A stretch of 32,000 nucleotides of DNA. Source: Candidatus Saccharimonadota bacterium (GTDB lineage Bacteria > Patescibacteriota > Saccharimonadia > Saccharimonadales > UBA4665). Location of the stretch: assembly GCA_016700375.1 (NCBI GenBank), contig CP065016.1, forward strand, positions 900,001-932,000, written 5' to 3'. The notes below the pieces were generated by a model that made no database searches, was not told where the DNA came from, and saw only the letters and a program-made list of their open reading frames with translations. The position numbers were made by a program, and so were the translations under genes. Of the stretch, positions 1 to 8,303 are shown piece by piece; within the stretch, counting starts at the first letter, position 1; each line of letters starts with the position of its first letter.

Positions 1-158
1 GCGAGCAGTCCGTCAGCTGACGGACGAGCACGCCGCAGCGGAGAAGGACGAAGTCCGCTGTCCTGGTCCCGCCCCCAAAACTTACGACCGCCGCTCCCCA
101 TGCGATAAATCACCTCATATTTACTTCGGGGATATGTCGTAAACCATAGGTAGTTCGA

Positions 159-1352
159 CTACTCTGAACCAACATGCTTTCTGCGAATTGTAAACACAAA
201 CAAGCTCATGAACATGCTTAGCACAAGCAAGATATATGTCGCGGAAAATACCGAACTTTGTTCACTCACATAACCAAAAAGTAGCGCTAAAGGAATAATA
301 AGGGCGCGGCCAAATGTACTAGTGGCTGAAACAGCGCTTGCGCGTATGTGGGAGGGTAGTAGGTCGTGCAGAACACTGGTGAGTGCAATCGCCAGAGCCA
401 CTAATGTGCCTATCACTACAAATTGCAGGAGTACCACAATAAATAGTTGCTTTACAAATACAAGACCGCATAAGCTCACCACTAAACACACAACAAACAA
501 CACCATTCGTTTGCGAGAGGCAATGTGTAGATGTTGCGCAAACCAGCCGCCAAATCCAATGGCCGCGTACAGCAAAGCCCCCGCGAACCCAAAGAATCCG
601 GTCGGAGCGTTGAGTGTTATGAGCCACAACTGAGCAAACTCAAACATCATGAAAAGAACAGTTGTTTTTATAACGAGGGATATGACGACTGGTAGGGCAT
701 ACCCTCTGCGCGTGACAACACGAAATGTTTCTCGAACCTGCGCGCCCAGTAGTTGCCTGCGATGTTTATGCAGCTGTGGTTCGCGGAATAGCAACAGGGC
801 GGTGACAGCGAGGAGTGCGAACGGGATGGAGAGAAAGTACGTTTCGCGCAGGCCTAACCGTGTTGCAACGAACGTACTAACGAGCCCACCCAGAACAAGA
901 CCTGCACTATCGGCTATTTGAATACGACCGTAGATTTTCCGGTAGAGAGCAGGTGATTGTTTTTCCTCTGCCAATGTATCGTATACGATTGATTCATACA
1001 TGCCGGCATAGCAGGCGTAAAAAACGCCCCATAAAATAGCACAAAGCAAGTACAGGCCTATGCCATTACTGACGCCACCAACAAAGGCGGCACCGGCAAG
1101 TGCGAAGCTAGCTAATATGAGGACACCTTTCCGACTCCACCGGTCGGCCAACAGACCCGACGGCATGTCTATAAGCAGCATTACTGCCGAATACACCGCT
1201 ACCATAAACCCAATATCTGCATCACTGAACCCAATGCTACGCATAAAAAGCTTCTCTGCAGCGTACCACAGCACAAAACTCTGAAAAAACGCAGCAACGT
1301 AGAGCGGCCGCAGTCGGGTATTGAGAGAGACATTAGGTTGTTGCTGTTTCAT
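159..1352 (-). CDS. MFS family transporter
   Basis: 397-aa ORF made almost entirely of hydrophobic helices; MFS loop-type motif LLADRWSRKGVL after the second helix; overlapping + strand ORFs are shadows. TGgTATACT extended -10 lies 14 nt upstream on the minus strand (1367-1375). Confidence 0.8.
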   Translation of the reverse strand: MKQQQPNVSLNTRLRPLYVAAFFQSFVLWYAAEKLFMRSIGFSDADIGFMVAVYSAVMLLIDMPSGLLADRWSRKGVLILASFALAGAAFVGGVSNGIGLYLLCAILWGVFYACYAGMYESIVYDTLAEEKQSPALYRKIYGRIQIADSAGLVLGGLVSTFVATRLGLRETYFLSIPFALLAVTALLLFREPQLHKHRRQLLGAQVRETFRVVTRRGYALPVVISLVIKTTVLFMMFEFAQLWLITLNAPTGFFGFAGALLYAAIGFGGWFAQHLHIASRKRMVLFVVCLVVSLCGLVFVKQLFIVVLLQFVVIGTLVALAIALTSVLHDLLPSHIRASAVSATSTFGRALIIPLALLFGYVSEQSSVFSATYILLVLSMFMSLFVFTIRRKHVGSE

Positions 1353-1480
1353 ATAAATGCTTAGTTAGTATACCAATATGCCTTAAACGCTCATACGGCA
1401 TTTTACCGCAAAGCAAAGCATAGCAATTTATTCTAGAATGATATACAACGGTGTATAGTTAAACTATAAGAGGAGGTCAC

Positions 1481-2401
1481 ATGGGTCGAAAGAAAAACAT
1501 TATTACCACAAGTGTACTTATGCTCGCCGTGCTCCTAGTGGCCGCAGCATTCTCATATTTTCAGCTTCGGCCAAAACCAGACGAGGTCTTCTATAACTAC
1601 GTGAAGAAGGGGTTACAGTCGGAAGCATTGTTCCAAAGGCAATCGAGCACCGGAACGGGGATAAAAGAGGTATATGAGGGATATGTAAAACTACCAAGTA
1701 AGGAGCTTCGCTTGCAAAGTAGGGCTACCTGTTCGTCGGACGCGAGCGGTCAAGACATAGAAATCTCGGCTTCGTTTCAACAACAGAACGAAAAGTCGTA
1801 TATTCGACTTGATAAAATTTCAGGCTCGTACACAAATGAAGAAGGCAGCGTATTTGACTTACCAAAACTTTGGGCGCCAGTGTTGGACCAATGGTATGAA
1901 GTTGCAGACCCCGAAGAATCCGTCACCGAACAGCTGGACAATAAAGTCATGGCTTTCAATTCGTCTATCATGGCTCCCTCCTCAAATGTCGACGCTATAG
2001 CGAAGGAGATAGTTGACTCAAAGGTCTTTTCCTATAAATCGTATCGGGTGAAAGACGGAAACTATGTGTATCAGTTTGTGGCAGACAAAAATGCGTATAC
2101 AGCGCTATTCAAAAACAAGTTTCCGGAGGTAGATAATCTCGACGTTATTATAGAGAACATCTTTGGTGACAAAGCTACCCTAGAAAGTCAGGTAACTGTT
2201 GACAAAAAAGGAAACTTGATTGAGGAGAATCTTCCTGCCGAAACACTCTGCAGCACAATATTTTCCGTGTATGTAACCGAAGAAGCTGGCGATTTTGTAA
2301 GTGAACTACCTGCTACTGCAAAAAATGATACCGGCATACAAATTGATAAAATCGTTAATGCAAAGCCATTCGACACACTTTACGATGATATGGCGCCCTA
2401 A
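1481..2401 (+). CDS. hypothetical N-terminally membrane-anchored extracytoplasmic protein
   Basis: AGGAGG at 1471-1476, 4 nt before the ATG; single N-terminal TM (IITTSVLMLAVLLVAAAFSYF) followed by ~270 aa of hydrophilic sequence; no family recognised. Confidence 0.6.
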   Translation: MGRKKNIITTSVLMLAVLLVAAAFSYFQLRPKPDEVFYNYVKKGLQSEALFQRQSSTGTGIKEVYEGYVKLPSKELRLQSRATCSSDASGQDIEISASFQQQNEKSYIRLDKISGSYTNEEGSVFDLPKLWAPVLDQWYEVADPEESVTEQLDNKVMAFNSSIMAPSSNVDAIAKEIVDSKVFSYKSYRVKDGNYVYQFVADKNAYTALFKNKFPEVDNLDVIIENIFGDKATLESQVTVDKKGNLIEENLPAETLCSTIFSVYVTEEAGDFVSELPATAKNDTGIQIDKIVNAKPFDTLYDDMAP

Positions 2402-2407
2402 CCCTCG

Positions 2408-3169
2408 CTACAGGTATTCTTGAAAAAAGCTGACAGTTGTTTCGTTAATAGCCTGCATTGCTTCTGGGTATTTGTGGTAGCCGTGAGTTGTTTCGAACTC
2501 TTCGTAGCTGGTCGGCTGTGGGGCAAGCGCAGCCATTTCGCGAATGTCTTCAAGTGACACAGAGCGGTCATGAGTGCCCGCTATGAACAGCGAAGGTATG
2601 GCAAGCTTTGGCGCTTCTTGCCGTGCGTGGTAGGACTGGCGGTCGAGATAAAAGCTGTAGGGCAAGCGAATACCTTGGAAGTGGTCGTTAGAAAACTCCT
2701 GCCAGCCGAGCGAGCGCCACGTTTCTTCTTCGCCAGGTTTCATAGTTTTTGGGCCCGACGATGGCTGGCAGCAACAAACGGCTCGTATGTCTGGATATTT
2801 TACCGCGGAAGCGAGCGCTACGAAGCCACCCATGCTGTGACCCCATAGTCCGATTTGGCTGTTATCTATACCCGGGATATTTTTTGCATACTGCAGTACA
2901 TCAGCTACGGCTGCAATGTAATTCGTCATTGTGTAATCATGTTCAAACGTTCCTTCACTCTCGCCTGAACCCGGTGCGTCGAACCGCAGCGCCGCAATCC
3001 CGTGTGCCGCTAAATCTTCCGCAAGCGTCTCAATATGTTTTTCTTCCTTCCACCCCGTAAACCCATGCAGCAAAATCACCAGCGGATGAAGCGTGTCGGT
3101 ATTTGGCTCGTGCAGCATTCCTGCAAGATTATACCCAAGAGCGGTCGATATATTCACTTTCTTAAACAT
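2408..3169 (-). CDS. alpha/beta-fold serine hydrolase
   Basis: HGFTG oxyanion-type motif, nucleophile elbow GHSMGG, C-terminal D and H candidates; 253 aa. Confidence 0.8.
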   Translation of the reverse strand: MFKKVNISTALGYNLAGMLHEPNTDTLHPLVILLHGFTGWKEEKHIETLAEDLAAHGIAALRFDAPGSGESEGTFEHDYTMTNYIAAVADVLQYAKNIPGIDNSQIGLWGHSMGGFVALASAVKYPDIRAVCCCQPSSGPKTMKPGEEETWRSLGWQEFSNDHFQGIRLPYSFYLDRQSYHARQEAPKLAIPSLFIAGTHDRSVSLEDIREMAALAPQPTSYEEFETTHGYHKYPEAMQAINETTVSFFQEYL

Positions 3170-3252
3170 CTTCCCAGTATAACGCAGCGTACTAGAGTTT
3201 GAGGCTTCTTCATCAATGCGTAGCGCCCCACAATCGCCGCTAACAGAGTGAC

Positions 3253-3951
3253 CTACTCGCAGGCTATGCCGTCATTGTCGCGGTCTAGCCCGTAGATATC
3301 GTTGCCGATGACGTTAATCGGTCCAGCTACGTATGCCGGACCATTGCCACTTCCTCCTGCGCAGTCAACATCGCTTGCTACGGGTACGCAGCCGCTATAG
3401 TTTTTGTCACAGACGGGAGTGGATTGGGTTACTGCACGCTTTGTGCCGTTGTGCGTTATCTCATCTACTGGTGCCTGAGTAATCGTGTCGCTTACTAGCT
3501 TACGGGCAGTCTCTTGGCCGTCAGTCATGGTGATGAGGTATGTTTTGGTTCTCAATCCATTTATACCTACGGTTCTGATGGTAGTGGTGCCTGCCGAGAT
3601 GGCAGGGTCATTTACGCTTGTACTTTTGAACGGAATCACTTCTGTCTCTGTTCGAGTAACAGTTTCAATAACAGGTTTGCGTTCGCTTACGCCTTTTACG
3701 CTACTCGTTTCTTGCATAAGTGGTTTCACATTTGCCGTGGTTTGCAAAACCTTCGTATCAGTTTGAGCTGGTGCGGTTATACCGATTACTACGAACAGCA
3801 CTAACAAGGTAGGCAAAAAGAATTTTGTAAGGTTGCCCCTACTCGTATCGCGATGAATGACCGTGGAGAATTTTTTCGGTTTCAGCAGGCTCCACAGATA
3901 TATGCTGAGCACCCCAAGCAACATGAGTGAAAAAAATGTAGACATGCCCAC
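3253..3951 (-). CDS. membrane-anchored surface protein with G5 domain and C-terminal Excalibur calcium-binding motif
   Basis: N-terminal TM; G5-like block (TETEVIPFKST...TIRTVGINGLRTKTYLITMTDGQE...ITHNGTK); C-terminal DRDNDGIACE matches the Excalibur DxDxDGxxCE signature; AAAGGAGGGTG SD upstream. Confidence 0.7.
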   Translation of the reverse strand: MGMSTFFSLMLLGVLSIYLWSLLKPKKFSTVIHRDTSRGNLTKFFLPTLLVLFVVIGITAPAQTDTKVLQTTANVKPLMQETSSVKGVSERKPVIETVTRTETEVIPFKSTSVNDPAISAGTTTIRTVGINGLRTKTYLITMTDGQETARKLVSDTITQAPVDEITHNGTKRAVTQSTPVCDKNYSGCVPVASDVDCAGGSGNGPAYVAGPINVIGNDIYGLDRDNDGIACE

Positions 3952-4019
3952 CCTCCTTTATATAAGCATAAGGCTGATTATGAGAAGAAGCAATATTAGC
4001 CATAGCCAAACAATAAATA

Positions 4020-4048
4020 TTGACAAAACGTAAGCTTTTTGCTATACT
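4020..4048 (+). promoter_or_regulatory. near-consensus sigma70-type promoter with no ORF downstream
   Basis: TTGACA (4020-4025), 17-nt spacer ending in TGc, then TATACT (4043-4048). The next credible + strand CDS is 600 nt away at 4649. Confidence 0.5.
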
Positions 4049-4406
4049 AATACTGTTTTGATAGAGGCGCCAGTAAGGGCGTCTAACAAAACAAAAAGCA
4101 ATTACAACCACAAAACCGACTGGTTAACGCAAAGAAAAAAAGCGAACCGGTATGTTAAAGGCGCCCTAGATGCAGTGGCATTGGCCACTACAAAACACGA
4201 AATATAATACGGGCGTGAGTAGTTGTTATTGCCAAAAAACACAAACATAACATCCCTACAAAACATAAAAAAACAGGGAAGAAGGGCGAGCAATGTTGTT
4301 TGCCATACAAAACGGGTTGGCGTATGAGCTAGTACCATGTAGCGACGCCGCTATACTGGCCATCGACGAAGAATTACAGCTACTGTAGTTTTCGCGAGAA
4401 GCCGCA

Positions 4407-4442
4407 AAAAAGCTTTCAGTCATAGCGCTGAAAGTTTTTTTG
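4407..4442 (+). terminator. intrinsic-terminator-like hairpin, possibly bidirectional
   Basis: A-run 4407-4412, stem CTTTCAG (4414-4420) / CTGAAAG (4429-4435), 8-nt loop, T7 run 4436-4442. Confidence 0.45.
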
Positions 4443-4648
4443 CTTCGTTACGTTAAAACAGGGAAGGGGAGACCATTTCGTGCAAGCGGTCACCTGTGTT
4501 TTGGTACCCGCGCCAGAACGTACCTGTAACTTAGTTGCTATGAAAAACCTATACCACTACACTCTTTCGCCAAAATAAAAAAAATATAATTAAAACTGAA
4601 ATTTGAAATTGGAGCGAGCGGAGCAAAATGCTATACTAGCCGTAAGCA

Positions 4649-6340
4649 ATGTCAGAAAAGTACGACAGTTTTCAGCCTCGTCGGGCGACGAGCGTGGATG
4701 GCTTCCTGACTGGCCCAGGCCAGACACCCAGGCGTCCACAATTCCGCACTCCCGCTACACCGGGTGTTGTTTCAGCGCCGTCTCAGGGTAGGACGGTAGG
4801 ATTGCCCGATATGCCAAAACGAAACCTCCCCTCCCCTGTTTTGACGGAGTCACAGGTTCAGCCCGAGCGCGCAGATTACCGCCTAGACGGCTCAGAGCAA
4901 AAGTACGTTCCGCTCGACGAACCGGGCTTGAGCCGCCGCCAGAAACGCAAAGCCGCTAAACAAGCGAAAAAGGCCGAAAAGCAGGCTGCCAAACGGCACA
5001 AGAAGAAGGGCGGTAGGGTTAAGCGATTTTTCAAGTTTCTAGGCATACTCCTGCTGATAGGGGTGCTTACATTTGGTGCCCGGTTCTACAAAGACATTGC
5101 CAAGCTCACTGGCAACAAAAACCCATTTAGTCTGCTCGGCGTATTTCGGCCATCTGAACTGCGTAATGACAATGGTCGCGTGAACGTTCTGGTAGCAGGT
5201 AATTCTGCCGACGACCTTGGCCACGGCGGGGCAGAGCTGACCGACTCGATTATGGTGCTCAGCGTAAACACTAAAAATGACACCGCACTTATGCTGAGCA
5301 TTCCTCGTGACCTCTGGGTTGCAAAACCTGAAGGCGGTCACGGCAAAATCAACTCGGTTTTCCCAGAAAGCGGTATGGAAGGACTCGAAACAGTGGTCGA
5401 AGACGCCACTGGATTAAACATTCACTACAATGCCCTGGTCAATTACACAGCGTTCAAGGACTTAGTAAATGCCGTCGGTGGCATAACTATTAATATTCAA
5501 AGCGAAGACCCGCGGGGGATATATGACTCCAGCCTTGACTGGACAACACGCCGATGCTGCGCCCTGGCAAAGTACCCCAACGGCCCAGTAAAGCTCGATG
5601 GCAAGCAGGCACTGAATTTGGCAAGGGCGCGCGGTGAAGGCTATGGGTCCTACGGGTTCCCGCAGGCAGATTTTAACCGTACTGAAAACCAGCGGCAGAT
5701 GCTTATAGCCATAAAAGATAAGGCGTCGAGTCCTGCGGTTGTGGCCAACCCGCTCAAAATTAGCAACCTTGTCGAGGCAGTTGGCAGCAACGTGCGCACC
5801 GACCTACAGATTGGCGAAATGCAATCACTCTACTACTACATGAAAAAAATCGACAATGCCAAAATAGACTCATACAACATAAACACACTCAAGGGCGACA
5901 AAGTGACCATGCTTGCGAGTTACACCTCTCCGGAAGGACAGTCGGCACTCATACCTGCGGCAGGCCTCGATGATTTCAGTGAAATTGCCGCTCAAATCAA
6001 AAAAGTGTTTACCGCCGGACCACTTGTTAAGGAAAATGCCGGTATCGTGATACTAAACGGCACAGATTCACTTGGCCTAGCCAAACAGGAAAAACTGAAG
6101 TTGTTTAATCAAGGTGCAGACGTTCTTGTTGTTGGTGATGCCCCCGCAAATCAGCCAAAGACGACCATTATAGACAATTCGCTTGGCAAAAAACCAAACA
6201 CTCTCGCCTACTTGAAGAAAACGTACGGAGCCAGCGTTGTTACGGAGGCCACCCTGTCTAAGAGCTACCCAGCAGCAGATTTCATACTTATTGTTGGGGA
6301 AAGCGCTGTGCCTAAAACAACCAATACTGGTACAAACTAA
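4649..6340 (+). CDS. LCP (LytR-CpsA-Psr) family cell-wall polymer ligase with C-terminal LytR_C-like domain
   Basis: Lys/Arg-rich cytoplasmic N-terminus, one TM, LCP core (NVLVAGNSADD...DSIMVLSVN...LSIPRDLWV), C-terminal GIVILNGTDSLGLA block; 563 aa. Confidence 0.85.
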   Translation: MSEKYDSFQPRRATSVDGFLTGPGQTPRRPQFRTPATPGVVSAPSQGRTVGLPDMPKRNLPSPVLTESQVQPERADYRLDGSEQKYVPLDEPGLSRRQKRKAAKQAKKAEKQAAKRHKKKGGRVKRFFKFLGILLLIGVLTFGARFYKDIAKLTGNKNPFSLLGVFRPSELRNDNGRVNVLVAGNSADDLGHGGAELTDSIMVLSVNTKNDTALMLSIPRDLWVAKPEGGHGKINSVFPESGMEGLETVVEDATGLNIHYNALVNYTAFKDLVNAVGGITINIQSEDPRGIYDSSLDWTTRRCCALAKYPNGPVKLDGKQALNLARARGEGYGSYGFPQADFNRTENQRQMLIAIKDKASSPAVVANPLKISNLVEAVGSNVRTDLQIGEMQSLYYYMKKIDNAKIDSYNINTLKGDKVTMLASYTSPEGQSALIPAAGLDDFSEIAAQIKKVFTAGPLVKENAGIVILNGTDSLGLAKQEKLKLFNQGADVLVVGDAPANQPKTTIIDNSLGKKPNTLAYLKKTYGASVVTEATLSKSYPAADFILIVGESAVPKTTNTGTN

Positions 6341-6366
6341 CTCACTACTACTGTACAATACAGCAT

Positions 6367-7029
6367 ATGCATAGACACCCACTTATTTCACGCGTTCTTC
6401 TCATAACCATCGTATTCGCTAGCATGTACGGACTCGTGCAGCAGCAAGGGAGGCTCATGGCAAATGACATGCCGCAGCTTCTTGCAACACAGGCTGCAAA
6501 GCAACTCGATGCCGGATTTGGGCTAACCAGTATACAAATGGGTGCGACCGACCTTGCTAACAACCCGGTGCCGTTCGTTATTGTATACGACAAAAAAGGC
6601 AAGCCAGTTGCCGGGTCGGGCTATCTGTACAAAAAGCTTGCTGTCATGCCGGCGGGCGTTGTAAACCATGCCAAGCCGGGTGAGCCACACGCCGTCACGT
6701 GGGCGCCGCGCCCGGGTGTTCGGATTGCGAGCGTAACCGTGGCGGCCAAAGATTACTATGTGGTTGGTGGTCAGTCGCTCAAAATGACGGAAAAACGCGC
6801 CCAGCGGCTCTTACTGCTGACACTACTAGGCTACGCAGCTAGTTTGTTTGTGGTGGTGGCTGTTCGTTTTTGCCGCTGCCGTAACTGCATGATGATGAAA
6901 AATCGCGGCGAAATGGGGCAGTGCCATTGTCCTGGCCCGGAAAAAACACTCGAGGCCACTCCTGGGCGCATGGCAGCCAAAAAGGTCGTAAAAACTACGA
7001 AAACTATCGGCAAGCGCACCACGAAGTAG
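6367..7029 (+). CDS. hypothetical two-TM membrane protein with Cys/His-rich basic tail
   Basis: N-terminal TM, ~130-aa loop, second TM, then CRCRNC...CHCPG and a Lys-rich C-terminus; TACAAT -10 lies 7 nt before the ATG. Confidence 0.55.
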   Translation: MHRHPLISRVLLITIVFASMYGLVQQQGRLMANDMPQLLATQAAKQLDAGFGLTSIQMGATDLANNPVPFVIVYDKKGKPVAGSGYLYKKLAVMPAGVVNHAKPGEPHAVTWAPRPGVRIASVTVAAKDYYVVGGQSLKMTEKRAQRLLLLTLLGYAASLFVVVAVRFCRCRNCMMMKNRGEMGQCHCPGPEKTLEATPGRMAAKKVVKTTKTIGKRTTK

Positions 7030-7046
7030 CAATCTTCTGCCGAATG

Positions 7047-7055
7047 TGGTATACT
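7047..7055 (+). promoter_or_regulatory. extended -10 promoter (TGgTATACT) for the glycosyltransferase transcript
   Basis: TGgTATACT at 7047-7055, which would give a ~80-nt 5' UTR ending in an AGGAG SD before ATG 7143. Confidence 0.4.
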
Positions 7056-7142
7056 GTAGATACTAGATTATCTTAAGATAAACTCCTCTTAGCACCAGTC
7101 GTTTCCTTAACTCTATTTAGTCGATTAACGACAGGAGCGACA

Positions 7143-8138
7143 ATGATTTCATTTGTGTGGCCGCCCGGTGAGCCGATGTTGGCTGGTACTGGCGGGTCAG
7201 AAACGTACACGGCCGGCCACGTACGGGAGCTGCTGCGCCGCGGTATTTCAGCACAAGTGGTGACGATTGGCCACGGTAAGCGAGGTAGTCGCAAAGATTT
7301 TGCCGATATTCCATTTTTGGCACTGCGCGAACCAGCCGAACTTACCGCACTTACTGGGCAAATTGTATTTGTGAACGCTGCGTACCAGGTAGCGACGAAG
7401 CAAAAAGCGGCCATCATACTGCACTGTGTCATACCCGATGCGTGTGAAAGACTTCAGTACCAGTCATATATAGCGGGCAAAAGTGTTATAGCAACCAGCG
7501 TCTATAGCGCGCAACAGTGGGCGCTGTATCTTGACATTCCGTATAGCCGCATTCACATAGTGTTGCCTTTTGCCGACCCAGTATTTGGAAGCGTAGTACG
7601 CTCAAAACCAGCCAAACACACGAGGATTTTATACGCTGGACGCCTGCACCCAGAAAAGGGCATCTATACCGTTCTAGAAATGCTGCACGAAAAGGTAATG
7701 CGTCGCAATGGCCACAAAGTAAGCATTGTACTCGCGGGGCAGCATGTTGAGACTGGCCGAGCCATAGCGCGAATGCTACAGGGCTACCAATACGCCCAAC
7801 TACTTCCGCCGCAAAAAACAGTTCTGGGCATGGCAGGCTTGCTGAGCCGGAGTGACATATTGGTTGTACCGTCAGTGTACGCTGAACCGTTCGGCATGCT
7901 TTCTATAGAGGCACAGCATGCGGGCTGTCGGGTGGTCGCAAGCAACTTGGGCGGACTACCCGAAACCAACTGCGGCCTACTCACGCTCGTGGAGCCGCGC
8001 GACCCTAAGGCGCTTCTGAAGGGTATAGAGCAAGCCGTTGCCCTTGGCGCAGCCACAAAAAAGGAACGCACGGTGGCGAAGGCCAACTTTACGCTGGATG
8101 CGTCACTAACGAGCTTACTCGATGTTTTACATGTGTAA
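7143..8138 (+). CDS. GT4-family (GT-B fold) glycosyltransferase
   Basis: C-terminal EPFGMLSIEAQHAGCRVVASNLGGLPE block typical of the glycosyl transferase group 1 EX7E region; 331 aa. Confidence 0.8.
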   Translation: MISFVWPPGEPMLAGTGGSETYTAGHVRELLRRGISAQVVTIGHGKRGSRKDFADIPFLALREPAELTALTGQIVFVNAAYQVATKQKAAIILHCVIPDACERLQYQSYIAGKSVIATSVYSAQQWALYLDIPYSRIHIVLPFADPVFGSVVRSKPAKHTRILYAGRLHPEKGIYTVLEMLHEKVMRRNGHKVSIVLAGQHVETGRAIARMLQGYQYAQLLPPQKTVLGMAGLLSRSDILVVPSVYAEPFGMLSIEAQHAGCRVVASNLGGLPETNCGLLTLVEPRDPKALLKGIEQAVALGAATKKERTVAKANFTLDASLTSLLDVLHV

Positions 8139-8303
8139 AACGCCACAAGTAGCCATCTTTGTTACCTAGGCTTGCCTTCACAGACCTCTAGGCAGTCGAC
8201 TCATACTGTTTATGCTGCATCATGCCTCTTCTCTTCACAAAAAACGGTGTATAATTCGCTTTGAAAATGATAAATAGAAATCAGTAGAAAAAAGGAGCAG
8301 GTA

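Noticed and set aside
3839-4338. Two minus-strand ORFs (3839-4111, 4102-4338) in the large spacer
   Set aside because: The first overlaps the G5 gene start region. Both have odd Phe/Cys/Val-rich products caused by reading the complement of an A/C-rich tract. Neither has an SD or a -10 at leaderless distance. I treat the region as non-coding, although a tiny protein cannot be excluded.
4050-4445. Known housekeeping RNA (RNase P RNA, tmRNA, SRP/4.5S RNA) in the orphan-promoter transcript
   Set aside because: I could not find the universally conserved cores (GAGGAAAGTCC-type P4 strand, a tRNA-like T-arm/ACCA end with an ...ALAA tag ORF, or the GGAA tetraloop helix-8 motif) on either strand. Only a covariance-model scan can settle it.
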